Of a stretch of DNA of 64,000 nucleotides, positions 23,759-37,925 are shown piece after piece. Each line of letters starts with the position of its first letter. The first letter of the stretch is position 1. The stretch is taken from assembly GCF_006345805.1 (NCBI RefSeq), contig NW_021833743.1:1-64000 (forward strand). Reading direction: 5' to 3'. A model generated the notes under the pieces. It did no database searches. It saw only the letters and a program-made list of their open reading frames with translations, and was not told the DNA's origin. The DNA is from Octopus sinensis (Eukaryota). The translations under genes were made by a program, and so were the position numbers.

Positions 23759-24341
23759 TTATTTTACTTGCTTATGTTAAAAACAATTATTATTATGGTA
23801 TAAGGGACAAGAAAAAAAGAAAAAAAGTATAGATTGGTTCTTCCGATTCCTTCTTATATGGCGATTATTAATACAACAATTCTTCTCCACACACAACCTT
23901 TCCAATATGTTTTTCTTCTTGCATCTCTCCCCATCACCTTCTACTAGAAATCTGAAGATATTGCAAGTGAGAGGAATCGGCAGTCTTAAAACCCACGACC
24001 AGCGCCACCACACCAACCAGATGTTCTATAATTGCTACATTTATCTCCATAAACAATCTCTATCCAATATTAAACTAAACCAATTGCTACATTACATCCC
24101 GGTCCCTTTGCTTCTCCACCCATCGATCTGCTATCGGTCAATTTGATCTCATGACCTCCCCATTTGTACTTAAATACACTTAACACCATTTTTCAAATAT
24201 AGACGGTGCTCCACTGGACTACTTTTACTCATGCATCTTGCTTGATTGATACAGAAACATACCCAGTACCTCCCCCCCCTCCACCACCACAACCATCACA
24301 TACATTTTCCTTTTATTTCTTTCTGCCATCATCTAACACAC

Positions 24342-24376
<35 letters not shown>

Positions 24377-24663
24377 CCCCATCCAACAACCTACCCTCAA
24401 ACAAATACCTTTAACCATGATACATTTAACACAGTGTATGCATGTGTGTGTTTGTGTGTATGTATATGTGTGTGTATTTGTGTTTCTGTGTATATATGTG
24501 TGTGTATTTGCATGTATATATATATCTGTGTATATGTGTTGTCTGTGTATATATATATGCACATATATATGCCTATACAAATGCACACATGTTTGTATAT
24601 ATGTGTGTACATGCATGTATGTATATATACATACATATATATATTATATATATATTATATATA

Positions 24664-24717
<54 letters not shown>

Positions 24718-24893
24718 TATATACATATATATGTATTTACATGTACCTATGTTTACAACTGTATATATATGCAAAACAACATAATAGCATACACAAATAT
24801 ATATATATATATATACACACACACAACTACACATGTTATGAGCACACACATTTGCAAGTATATATTTACCCAACTTTATAAATACATTCACAC

Positions 24894-24932
<39 letters not shown>

Positions 24933-25089
24933 CATATATATACACACACATACATTCATACATATATACACGCACACTACTATACACACTTGAATTCACA
25001 GATCAATATATATGTATACGGAATGAACAATGACTTATACACTCAGGAAGCACCACAAGGACTATAGAAAATATACCCTCACCCCACGC

Positions 25090-25715
25090 TACCTGAATCA
25101 CAACAACTATAGACAACAATAAGAATAACAACAACTACTTTGGAACCAACCTTATCATTGAATCACTACCACCACGACCACCACCACTGCCATTGCTGCT
25201 TATAATAGTATTGATAATAATAATAATAATAATAATAATAATGGTGATGATAATAATAATGGTGATGATAGTTTCCACACAATTACCATGACAATATCTC
25301 CCAACCATTAATACTACAACAGCAACATCTCTATCAGTACCTCCATAACCACCACCACTACCATTATCATCATCATTACAAAAGCAATTACAACCACAAC
25401 AACTATAACTCCCACCACCAACACCATCACCATAATTTCCACTATGTCTACACTACCACCACTACCACTACAATTACCACTGACGATATCACTTCTTCAA
25501 CCATCACCACTACCTTCATCATCTACATCGCAACCACCACTACCGTCAAACTGCTGCCACCACCAGCGTCATCGTTATCTTTATGACCACCACTAGTACT
25601 ATCACCTCTACAACAATTGTCATTTTCATTACGGTGAGCACCATCATTCTCTGTCTCCAACCGACGCCATCATCAGAACCACCACCACCACCACCACCAC
25701 CACCACCACCACCCT
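25090..25715. repeat. Degenerate (ACC/AAC/AAT)n tract
   Basis: Direct inspection. Confidence 0.85.
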
Positions 25716-25916
25716 AGACATCAATGGTTATGGCAATAAGTAAACCATAGCCAAGAGCAGATAACAAACAAACATGTATTCTTGGAGAGTAAGAAATCAA
25801 TGGAATGGTAAGATATATCTAGAAATGTAACAAACCATCCCCCACCCCACAAAACATATATGTGTGTGTGTGTGTGTGTGTGATATATATCAGATATAGA
25901 ACTAGTGAAGAATGGA

Positions 25917-25982
<66 letters not shown>

Positions 25983-26070
25983 GGAGAGAGAGAGAATACT
26001 ACCAAGTAATAACATACATATCTGTGTCATGTGTATACTTTGCACTTGGTGCTTGTCATATGTGTGTGTG

Positions 26071-26109
<39 letters not shown>

Positions 26110-26494
26110 TCTCACATCTACATGTCTGGTGAATACACACACACATGTACATACACACAAACAAATATATACACATGACCACAGACACACATATACATAC
26201 ACACACACACACACAAACACACACATATATACATACACATGCTCATATATATATATACACCCACACATATACATACACACACATAAGCACACATGCATCT
26301 ATTTATGTGGCACACACACACACACACACACACACATGTATACACGTACAAACATATCTATATGTACATATCTACACACACATACACCTATATACACACA
26401 CACATATACAAACACAGACACACTGACACACGAATGTATTATAATAGGAAATGGCTACACTGCACTTTGTAAGAAGCTTCTAGTGGAAATGATA

Positions 26495-27240
26495 ATGGAT
26501 TATTGGCGGTGGCCATGGGGGCGGATGGGGTTGTTGTTGTTGGTGGTGGTTATAGTGGGGGAGGGGAATTGTGATGTGGGTGATAACTGTGTTGAGAAGG
26601 TTGTAGTAGTAGTAGTGGTGGTGGTGGTGGTGGTGGTGGTGGTGGTGGTTGGTGGTGGTGGTGGTGGTGGTGGTGGTTTCACAGAGGTAATATTGATATT
26701 TTAATTTCTGGTGATAATGATATTGGTACTAGTGCTTGGTATTGGTGCTTATAATGGTAGTAGTAGTAGTAGCAGTAGTGGTGGTAGTTTAATAATATTA
26801 GTAATGGTTGGGGTAGTGTTGGTGGTGGTGGCAGTGTCAGTGGTGGTGGTGGTGGTGGTAGTGGTAGTGTTGGTGGTGGTGGTGATGGTGGTAGTAGTGT
26901 TGGTGGTGGTGATGGTGGTGGTAGTGTTGGTGGTGGTGTATTGATAGTAATGGTGCTGGTGATAGTATCGCTAGTAGTAGTACTGGTAATAACGATGGTG
27001 GTAGTGTTGCAGTAGAGGTGCTCGTAGTGGTGGTGGTGGTGGTAGTGGTGATTGTTTGATGTTAAATGTGACACCAGATGACGGTAAATAACAACTCGGT
27101 ATATGATGTTGGTGGTGGTGGTCATGGCGAAAGTAGTGCTTGTGATGGTGGTAACTACAGGTGGGGGAGGAGGAAAAATCAGAGTGGTAACCAACTATGT
27201 GCAGTAGCAACAACAACCACAACAACGCCACTACAGATAC
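26495..27240. repeat. Degenerate (GGT/AGT)n tract
   Basis: Direct inspection; source of the poly-V/G/P/T ORFs. Confidence 0.9.
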
Positions 27241-27362
27241 TACAAATACAAGTGCTGGAGGTAAACCGATATGTATGGTCTTTAAACAATGTCATTTATT
27301 TTTCCAAACAGGCATTGCTCGTGGGGGACACAATCCTCGATTCAATCTTTGTATAGTTGCTT

Positions 27363-27398
<36 letters not shown>

Positions 27399-27516
27399 CA
27401 TGTGTGTACTTGTGCACAGAACAGTCAGTTCCTTCTGAAATGCATTATGAGTGAAGAAGTGAAGAGGGAAGCCATCAAACTAAAAATGGTGGCATAGTCA
27501 GCTACGGATTAAGATA

Positions 27517-27897
27517 CGGGAGTGGCTGTGTGGTAGTAGCTCACTTACCAACCACATGGTTCTGGTTTCCTTCCCACTGTGTGGCACCTCGGGCAAGTGT
27601 CTTCTTCTGTAACCTCGGGCCAACCAAAGTCTTGTGAGTGGATTTGGTAGATGGAAACTGAAAGAAGCCCATCATATACATATATATATATATGTGTGTT
27701 TGTGTGTCTGTGTTTGTCCTCTCCCCATCACTTGACAACTGATGTTGGTGTGTTTGTGTCCTATAACTTAGCAGTTCGGCAAAAGAGACTGATAAAATAA
27801 GTACGAGGCTTATAAAGAATAAGTCCTGGGGTTGATTTGCTCGACTAAAGGCAGTGCTCTAGCATGGCCACAGACTGAAACAAATAAGAGTAAAAGA

Positions 27898-27900
<3 letters not shown>
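27517..27900 (+). mobile_element. SINE family B copy
   Basis: GGGAGTGGCTGTGTGGTAG head through CAAATAAGAGTAAAAGAG tail. Confidence 0.85.
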
Positions 27901-27971
<71 letters not shown>

Positions 27972-28990
27972 TATGTATCTTCTTTTTTTCCTAGGAAAAC
28001 GAAATTTGTTGTGTTGGTGTCATTCCTACCCCTCTCCACCCCTAACCCTTTCTTTTGGTGTGGTTGTGTGGTTAAATAAGTTTCACCTTTGGCACCAAGG
28101 GGTTTCAGGTTCTGTCCCCACTGTTTGGCATCTTCAGCAAGTGTCTTTCAGCATTGTTTTTATTATAAGGTAAAACAATGCCTTATAATAAAGGTATAAC
28201 ATTATCATGCATTATTATAAGGTGTAACAATCCTTTCTATTAAAGGCACAAGGCCTGGAATTTTGGGGGAAAGAGCTAGTCGGTTACATTGACCCCAGTG
28301 TTTCACTGGCACTTAATTCATCAACCCCCAGAAGGATGAAAGGCAAAGATGACCACAAATCACACTTAACTACATAGGATAATGAAACCCCTAATATACA
28401 AAAAGAAAAAGAGGATGACCAACCTAGACCTCAAACCAAACAGGTGACCCACGTGATTGGAGGATCATTCATCAGTTTTGTTGATGAGCATTCAGGTGTT
28501 TAATCAACTGAGTTACCTCTTTATTAAATTATCATGTATGTGGCTGAATATTCCACAGACATGGATACCTGTAATGTATCAAGTCTTAAGCAGAGTCTGT
28601 GTAAAACATAGTCACTCGAGTCCACTGTAAAAATAAGACTTTAGTTCTATTTTTCGAAACTAAATTTTATTGTTCACAAACCAAAGTTAGAAAAAAAAAA
28701 AAAAAAAATTAGTAGGCAATATCACATCAATCTAATACTAAATTTCAAAGACTGTTTATCTGTTTCTGTGTTCTCTGACTTTTAAGAGTTCTGGTCTATT
28801 TTATCATTCCTAAATTTTATTGTTCTCTAACTGAAGACAATAAAAAACAAACAAAAGATATTTTTTGTAGGCAACTTCATGTCATTATGATACCAAAATT
28901 CAAAGACTGTTTATCTGTTTGTGTTCTCAGATTTTACCAAAAACAGTGGCTTTTATTCAATAAGGTTAGCAAGCTGGATGCAAAGAAGCC

Positions 28991-29263
28991 TTAATCCTTT
29001 AATCTTTAAACCAGCTATATCCAGCCCAAATATTCTACCTGTTCTGACATTCAAACTGACCATGTGTAGCTTCTCACACCTACCCTACAATGCCATTCTA
29101 AAATAAACCACTTCATGGAAACCTCAAAACTATTAGATAATGCTTAATTAATACAACATATTTTTGAGATATAAAGCTGTTAGATAATGCTTGATTAATA
29201 CAAAACAATATGAATATATAAGCTTTACATTTGACAGAGTAACGTGAACACTAAAAGTGTTAA
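28991..29263. mobile_element. TTAA-flanked MITE (piggyBac-like ends)
   Basis: TTAATCCTTT...AAAGTGTTAA ends; the interior is homologous to 47085-47307 (AAACCAGC.ATAT...ACCTACCC.ACAATG.CATTCTAAAA...TTTGACAGAGTAAC). Confidence 0.6.
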
Positions 29264-29462
29264 GCGGTAGTTTGCCAACACTTGTTCTGGGATACATAAT
29301 TGACAAGAAATCTATGATAATAAATGTGAAATTCTGTCTGTCCGGGACCCCTGTATCTCAGTCTACATTTACTCTACATAGACATTTTATACTTTTTGGA
29401 ATCAGGATTATTCTGGGATTGGAAATTTGCCCTTCATTTGGTTCTTGAACATCCAGCATTGG

Positions 29463-29835
29463 AATCTGGTTTAAAAACATTTGGATTGTTATTTCTAGCA
29501 GGTAAAACTTGGCTGATTCACGCCATCTTGGTTGGCGTTTGTCAGATGATGTCTGAGATCATGACATTTGCTTTGCGAATTTTATGTCGAGATAAGAAAT
29601 TAAGGATAAATTGGCCAACAACTGGAATTCAACTTGGGACTGGAACAATAGAATGATTGCATTGCAGAATTGATTCTCATCTGTCCTTCACCTCTGATCA
29701 AACACCACCAGGGGCATATAGTCATTATAGATGTTTTATAGTCATGATATTTAGCTCTCCTTAGATTGGGGCCACAGGCCCAATTAGCCCTCTGCAGGCG
29801 CTAGCTTAAACGTCTGCACAGTGTGTGGATTTTAA
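29463..29835 (-). repeat. Unclassified ~380-bp dispersed repeat (copy 1)
   Basis: The reverse complement aligns along its length with 38005-38388. Confidence 0.8.
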
Positions 29836-29842
29836 GCAAGTA

Positions 29843-31367
29843 TGTTGTTTGGTTGGAAGGTACGTGTGTCTGGGGGTGGGGGCTGCATTGATGTGCATCA
29901 AAGAAGAAAATAAGAAAATAATGCTTGTGTGTGTGTGTGTGTGTGTATGGGTTTAATTGTATATGTGTGTGTTCATTAGTTTGGTTAAGTCATCAATACC
30001 AAGTCTTTGCTGGAGCAATGCCTTCTGTGTAAATATACATACATACATACATGTATATGTATGTATATTTATATATGCATTTGTCTCCGCACATCTGTGT
30101 AGGTATACATACACATATGCACACACATACACATGGTTAAATGTCTGAAATGAATCAATAAGCTTCTAACTTCTTTCCAGTTACTAATTAAATTTATCTG
30201 TTGACACAAAAATAATATTTTAAATATTTACACCTACCCTGTGTTTTGAATGGTTTGATCTCAGATCATCTCTATTATCAAGTGTCTCATTCTTAGAGAG
30301 GTACATACTATCAAGCTAATCCAGGATTATTTAGAGAATTCCGTTCAACTTTTAGAAATCTAAGCCTCAGCTTCTCTTGCCTAGCTTATCACTGCTGGTT
30401 GTAGATATATCTGTCCAATGTGGCTAATTTAGTGTGGATCAGATAACATGCTCCAGTGATTAATGAGAACCCCTGATCTTCAGTACCAGGGTGAATTTTG
30501 AACTCAGAGCAAGTGCATACTGGTACAAACATACATTCGTGTGTGTGTGTGTGTATATAATAATCAAAGTGTACAATATTACCAATCGATTTTGCACTAG
30601 GGGTCCAATGGAGTGTTAGGTAACAGCCCAATTGCGTAACCCTGCACTCATCAGAGTGGAATGAAATATAGTTGTTAGGAAGGGTATTCAGCTATACAAA
30701 CCATGCCAAAACTGACGTTGGATTTTGAGGTAGACATGGTTTGTTGAATCCAGTCAAACTCTCTGACCCATGTCAGCATGGAAAATGGATTTTAACTGGC
30801 GATTGCCATGTAAAAAGCATCTGTGCTGGTGCCACATAAAAACACATGTAAAAAGTACCAAGTACACTGTAAAGTACTTGGTGTTAGGAAGGGCATCCAG
30901 CCATAGAAGCCATGCCAAAACAGACAATTGGAGCATAGCATTGCTCTCTGACTGGCCAGCATCTGATGAATCATCCAACTCATGCCAGCATGGAAAATGG
31001 ATGTTAAACAAGGATAATGATGATGATGTAATATGGAAAAAATACCAAAAATTTTTCAGGTTTCTGTTTTAATATGTGTGTGTATGTGTGTGCATATGTG
31101 TATGTATACCTACACAGATGTGCGGAGACAAATGCATATATAAATATACATACATATACATGTATGTATGTATGTATATTTACACAGAAGGCATTGCTCC
31201 AGCAAAGACTTGATATTGATGACTTAACCAAACTAATGAACACACACATAAACAATTAAACCCATACACACACACACACACACAAGCATTATTTTCTTAT
31301 TTTCTTCTTTGATGCACATCAATGCAGCCCCCACCCCCAGACACATGTACCTTCCAACCAAACAACA
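29843..31367. repeat. Long inverted duplication with arms at 29843-30133 and 31077-31367
   Basis: About 290-bp arms differing by roughly 3 substitutions plus microsatellite slippage; the spacer is about 940 bp. Confidence 0.9.
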
Positions 31368-32076
31368 CGTACAACGCACAGACAGAAAATTAGATAGAAA
31401 TATATGGAAATATATGTACATAACTACAAAGTAGTTGGACATACAGACAGAAAGACAGACAGAAAGACAGACAGACAGATACACATTCAATATAGGTGTA
31501 TATCGATAGACAGACAATCGGACCGAGAGACAGTGATGGACAAACAGATAAATGTCTCAAAGATTCTGATAAAAATTGATTTATTTTCCTATTCCTTTCC
31601 CCCCCCCCATATTTTATATCCTTTTCATACAATGCTGATAACTCGTGTCATTTTCCCATACTTCTAATATATCTCTAGTGTAATATTTAATACTACAGGT
31701 CTGGTATCACTTAGGTTTATATCACACTGTTCTGATATCCTTAGGGACCAACACCACACCAATATATTGTACACAATGTTGTTGATATTACTTTACACAA
31801 TTCCTTGTTCTATGATAAATTGTCTAAGATCCACCCACCCACCCACCCACATCCTTACTGCTGCCACTGTTGCTTCTAGCACATTTTTACACTATTCCGA
31901 TATCCTTTTGTGGTCATATTGATATCATTTGCATATTGTTTATGTTATCACACAGTTCTCACATTTTAGGTTGTTATTATTAATGCAGTGTATACTATAA
32001 TGTACATGTGTGTGTGTGTGTGTGCAGAGAGGGGAAGAGAGAGAGAGCATTGTGTGTGTATATATATATATGTACG

Positions 32077-32143
<67 letters not shown>

Positions 32144-32577
32144 TATAGACATGGCTATGGGGTTATGAAGCTTGCTTCCCAATCATGAAATTTCAGGTTG
32201 AGTTTCCTTGGGGAAGTTTTTTCTACTAAAGTGTTGTAAATAGATTTGGTCGATAGAAACTGAACCCCACCCCACCGGCCCCATCATATAAATCTATGTG
32301 TGTGTATGATAGATGTAAACAAATATCACTGTCATAGAAGTGGTGTTGTTCATTTGTAATCTTCTGTGGAAGTATTACCTTGCATGGAATTAAGTGAGGG
32401 CTAGTGACAGGAAGGACATCTGACTGTAGAAAATCTATGTCAATGTATTTCCATCTGACTCATTCATTTGACTCATGGAAAAGTGGACATGAAAAATATA
32501 ATGCAGTATTATACAGATTATACTATATTTTATAGTATATACTATGTTTGTATGTTCGAATGAAAGTTAATAACATT

Positions 32578-32905
32578 CTAAAAGGCCAACAAATAGAGGG
32601 ATACTGCAGTAAAGGAAGACCTGAGCTTAGGTATAAGGATAAGTTGAAACAATCACTAGAGTCTCCAGAGCTTAATTTGACATCTTGAGAAAGTTATTAC
32701 GAGATCGATCTGCATGGCATAAAATGTGTTACGATGTATTAAAACAATTTGAGTTGAAGAAAGAGACCAAGGAAAGAATTATATCCTGCAATCAACAGAC
32801 ATGTTTGCCCATCCCAGGCAAAATTAAAATCATCAGTGTCCCCATTGTGACTTCATAGCAAAATCCATTCCTGGATCAAATCACATTCATGTATCCATTG
32901 CAAAT
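32578..32905 (+). pseudogene. RTE-clade LINE ORF2 C-terminal relic
   Basis: GRPELRYKDKLKQSL, DRSAWHKMC and CPHCDFIAKS..G motifs across stops and frameshifts. Confidence 0.8.
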
Positions 32906-33039
32906 AAATGCAGCTTCTTTTATTTTTAAATATTTTATTACTTCTTTTTTAAAAATCTTTTCCTTCAAACACTCATATATTGAACTTGATGGCAGTGATC
33001 ATCATGGTTTATACTATATTATATGAATATAACAAAAAC

Positions 33040-33480
33040 TGTGATCAATTAAACATTAAATGGGATGACAGTGTCAAAAATCTTGCAATCCTTGAACAGG
33101 TCAAACATTGTCTCATCTGGGAAAATCATGCCCACTACTTGGATAATCCCAGACTGCCTCACCAAATTCTCTACAGAAAAGTTAGCACCAGCAAGAGCGG
33201 ATGCCTCACGCAATGCTACAAATATCAACTGAAGCAGGCAATGTACCCACAATGGCCTAAAATCCTGGGAACAATACATAGAAGACAGAACAGCAGACAT
33301 CACATCATCAATATTGGCAGAGAATGTTTTGTAAAAACATCAAAGAAATAAAAAATAAACTGTTACAACAAAAGTCCAGCCAGCTCCAAATCAAAGCCTC
33401 TACTTCCTAACCCAATGTGACCTCCATGGACAATTGTTCCATGCAAAAATTGGTCTTGCTAGCCGTCAGAGGCACCAACA
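33040..33480 (+). pseudogene. Second RTE-clade ORF2 C-terminal relic
   Basis: W.NHAHYLDNPRLPHQILY...YKYQLKQAM and a terminal C...GQLFHAKIGLASRQRH zinc-finger-like motif. Confidence 0.7.
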
Positions 33481-33714
33481 CATGCAAGGAAGCACAAAGA
33501 AAGACAGAAATTTGGAAACAAGGAGTAGCAAATGCCACTGACAATAATTGTGTGGTGCATACTATATTATATGGAATATGTTTACAGAATAAGATATACT
33601 TTGTTGTATAGATTGGCATCACATTTATAATATAGTTTAATTACTTGTACTACATCCTCATATCAACGTTGTTTACTTAATATTTTGAGATATATATATA
33701 TATATATATATATA

Positions 33715-33889
33715 TACTGGAGTAAGCACATACATGTGAAACAAGGTGGAAAAAAGAGTACTCAAATGCCAGAGGTAGAGTAATATGCTTTATTTAAAAG
33801 CAGTAGAAATATAACAAAAGCTGTTACTCAGAGTTTCACAAGAAACTGAGTAACAGCTTTTGTTATATTTCTGCTGCTTTTAAATAAAG
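33715..33889. mobile_element. Family F fold-back copy
   Basis: Arms 33788-33837 and 33842-33889 form a near-perfect ~48-bp hairpin with a 4-nt loop; 33715-33837 is the reverse complement of 61268-61391. Confidence 0.85.
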
Positions 33890-34984
33890 TATATATATAT
33901 ATATATGTTGCAATTTTACAATGTTTTGATATCTTTCTAGTCATAATCTAATTAAATTTATCAGTGCAAGACCAACATATTTTGAGATATAAAGTGTTGC
34001 TGTGATCCAGAAACCTTGTAAAATTCTTTGCAACTGAAAACCCTATAAGCGGTTGGCTCACAGCCAACGATGGAACTGCTATCTGATTTGCTCGACCGAC
34101 TGAATATATTTTTAGCTTTATTATTATCATAGACAAAAGTCATTTTTAAAGTTGGTTACATTTTTAAAAATTTTGTTTTTAACAGAATTCAGAACATAGA
34201 ATATTTATTTATTTTTCACTTGTTTTAGTTGTTGTCCTGTGGCCATACTGCAGCACTGCCCTGAAGGATTTAATGAATGAAATCAACAAGGAATTGTTTT
34301 TTAAGTCGGGATATATTCTGTTGGTCATTTTCTTTTCTGTTCGCTAAGTTACAGGAATGTAAACAAACCAACACTGGTCATCAAACAGTGAGAGAGAAAC
34401 ACAAAGCTGGACACAAACATACATACGTTTACATGACAAGGACAAACACACACACACATTGTTTTAGGAGCACTTCTCAAGATCAATGCACAACATTTTT
34501 CTTAATCACACTTTACAGGTCTCTGTATTAATGCACGTATATATGTGCATAAGTGAATTAGTGTCTCCATTCAAGGTATGTGACAGTGGTGTGTGTGGGG
34601 TGCTTTGATACTTGAATAGATAGTCTGACAGATAGATACATCCATAATTATATCTTACTAGGTACGTAATTTAAATACAGTATATTCTGTGAGTGTGCGC
34701 ATCTGTTTAAAAATATGTAGAGTATATAAGGTTTTGATGATGAATGAACGTATCACAAGCGTGTATATAGAAATTCAGTGAATGTTTATTTGTGTGCTTG
34801 TGTGTACATTCCACAGATGTAGAGAATAAAATTGAAAAACAGATATGAATGTAGAGACACATATAGAGAATATGATAATTCAACAATGTAGAGAAAATAA
34901 TGTTTGTAATCAACAATGTATAGGCAGATGCAGGAAAAATAATGATTATAGATAAACAATGTTGTTGTAGAAATATGATTGTAC

Positions 34985-37925
34985 ATCAATAAAGTAGATG
35001 TAGAGAATATAATGACTGTAGAACAATAATGTAGATGTAGAGAATATAATGACTGTAGAACAATAATGTAGATGTGGAGAATATAATGACTGTAGAACAA
35101 TAATGTAGATGTAGAGAATATAATGACTGTTGAACAACAATGTAGATGTAAGAATATAATGACTGTAGACAATAATGTGGATGTAGAATATAATGACTGT
35201 AGAACAATAATGTAGATGTAGAGAATATAATGACTGTAGAACAATAATGTGGATGTAGAGAATATAATGACTGTAGAACAATAATGTAGATGTAGAGAAT
35301 ATAATGACTGTAAACATAATGTAGATGTAGAGAATATAATGACTGTAGAACAATAATGTAGATGTAGATGATATAATGACTGTAGAACAATAATGTAGAT
35401 GTAGAGAATAATGACTGTAGAACAATAATGTAGATGTAGAGAATATAATGACTGTAGAACAATAATGTAGATGTAGAGAATATAATGACTGTAGAACAAT
35501 AATGTAGATGTAGAGAATATAATGACTGTAGAACAATAATGTAGATGTAGAGAATATAATGACTGTAGAACAATAATGTAGATGTAGATGATATAATGAC
35601 TGTAGAACAATAATGTAGATGTAGAGAATATAATGACTGTAGAACAATAATGTAGATGTACAGAATATAATGACTGTGGAACAATAATGTAGATGTAGAG
35701 AATATAATGACTGTAGAACAATAATGTAGATGTAGAGAATATAATGACTGTGGAACAATAATGTAGATGTAGAGAATATAATGACTGTGGAACAATAATG
35801 TAGATGTAAGAATATAATGACTGTGGAACAATATGTAGATGTAGAGAATATAATGACTGTAGAACAATAATGTAGATGTAGAGAATATAATGACTGTAGA
35901 ACAATAATGTAGATGTAGAGAATATAATAACTGTAGAACATAATGTAGATGTAGAGATATAATGACTGTAGAACAATAATGTAGATGTAGAATATAATGA
36001 CTGTAGAACAACAATGTAGATGTAGAGAGATATAATGACTGTAGACCAATAATGTAGATGTAAGAATATATGCTGAAACAATGTAGAAAAATGTAGATGT
36101 AGAAATAAATGACAGTAGAACAATAATGTAGATGTAGAGAATATAATGACTGTAGAACAATAATGTAGATGTAGAGAATATAATGACTGTAGAACAACAA
36201 TGTAATGTAGAGATATAATGACTGTGGAACAATAATGTAGATGTAGAGAATATAATGACTGTGGAACAATAATGTAGATGTAGAATATAATGACTGTGGA
36301 ACATAATGTATGTAGAGAATATAATGACTGTAGAACAATAATGTAGATGTAGAGAATATAATGACTGTAGAACAATAATGTAGATGTAGAGAATATAATG
36401 ACTGTAGAACAATAATGTAGATGTAGAGAATATAAGACTGTAAACAATAATGTAGATGTAGAGAATATAATGACTGTGGAACAATAATGTAGATGTAGAG
36501 AATATAATGACTGTGGAACAATAATGTGATGTAGAAAATAAATGACAGTAGAACAATAATGTAGATGTAGAGAATATAATGACTGTAGAACAATAATGTA
36601 GATGTAGAGAATATAATGACTGTAGAACAACAATGTAGATGTAGAGAATATAATGACTGTGGAACAATAATGTAATGTAGAGAATATAATGACTGTAGAA
36701 CAATAATGTAGATGTAGAGAATATAATGACTGTAGAACAATAATGTAGATGTAGAGAATATAATGACTGTGGAACAATAATGTAGATGTAGATATAATGA
36801 CTGTAGAACAATATGTAGATGTAGAGAATATAATGACTGTGGAACAATAATGTAGATGTAGAGAATATATGACTGTAGAACAATAATGTAGATGTAGAGA
36901 ATATAATGACTGTAGAACCATAATGTAGATGTAGAGAATATAATGACTGTGAACAATAATGTAGATGTGAGAATATAATGACTGTAGACAATAATGTAGA
37001 TGTAAGAGAATATAATGACTGTGGAACATAATGTAGATGTAGAGAATATATGACTGTAGAACATAATGTAGATGTAGAGAATATAATGACTGTAGAACAA
37101 TAATGTGATGTAGAGAATATAAGACTGTAGAACAATAATGTAGATGTGAGAATATAATGACTGTGGAACAATAATGTAGATGTAGAGAATATAATGAGTG
37201 TAGAACAATAATGTAGATGTAGAGAATATAATGACTGTGGAACAATAATGTAGATGTAGAGAATATATGACTGTAGAACAATAATGTAGATGTAAGAGAA
37301 TATAATGACTGTAGAACAATAATGTAGATGTAGAGAATATAATGACTGTAGAACAAAATGTAGATGTAGAGAATATAATGACTGTAGAACAATAAGTAGA
37401 TGTAGAGAATATAATGACTGTAGAACAATAATGTAGATGTAGAGAATATAATGACTGTAGAAAATAATGTAGATGTAGAGAATATAATGACTGTAGAACA
37501 ATAATGTAGATGTAGAGAATATAATGACTGTAGAACAATAACGTAGATGTAGAGAATATAATGACTGTAGAACAATAATGTAGATGTAGATGATATAATG
37601 ACTGTAGAACAATAATGTAGATGTAGAGAATATAATGTCTGTAGAACAATAATGTAGATGTAGAGAATATAATGACTGTAGAACAATAATGTAGATGTAG
37701 AGAATATAATGAGTGTAGAACAATAATGTAGATGTAGAGAATATAATGACTGTGGAACAATAATGTAGATGTAGAGAATATAATGACTGTAGAGCAATAA
37801 TGTAGATGTAGAGAATATAATGACAGTAGAGCAATAATATAGATGTAGAGAATATATGACAGTAGAATAATAATGTAGATGTAGAGATATAATGACCGTA
37901 GAACAATAATGTAGATGTGGATGAT
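34985..37925. repeat. 37-bp minisatellite, about 80 copies
   Basis: Unit GTAGAGAATATAATGACTGTAGAACAATAATGTAGAT; period confirmed at 35436/35473; degenerate flanks extend to about 34820 and 37990. Confidence 0.97.

Noticed and set aside
26500-27231. Mucin- or extensin-like P/T-rich ORFs
   Set aside because: Degenerate (GGT)n tract open on both strands, with no splice or start context.
29396-29656. 86-aa ORF with a protein-like appearance
   Set aside because: Most of it lies in the dispersed repeat also present at 38005-38388, where the frame is not conserved.
34985-37925. CRISPR-like regular array
   Set aside because: Units are contiguous with no unique spacers, there are no cas genes, and the context is eukaryotic.
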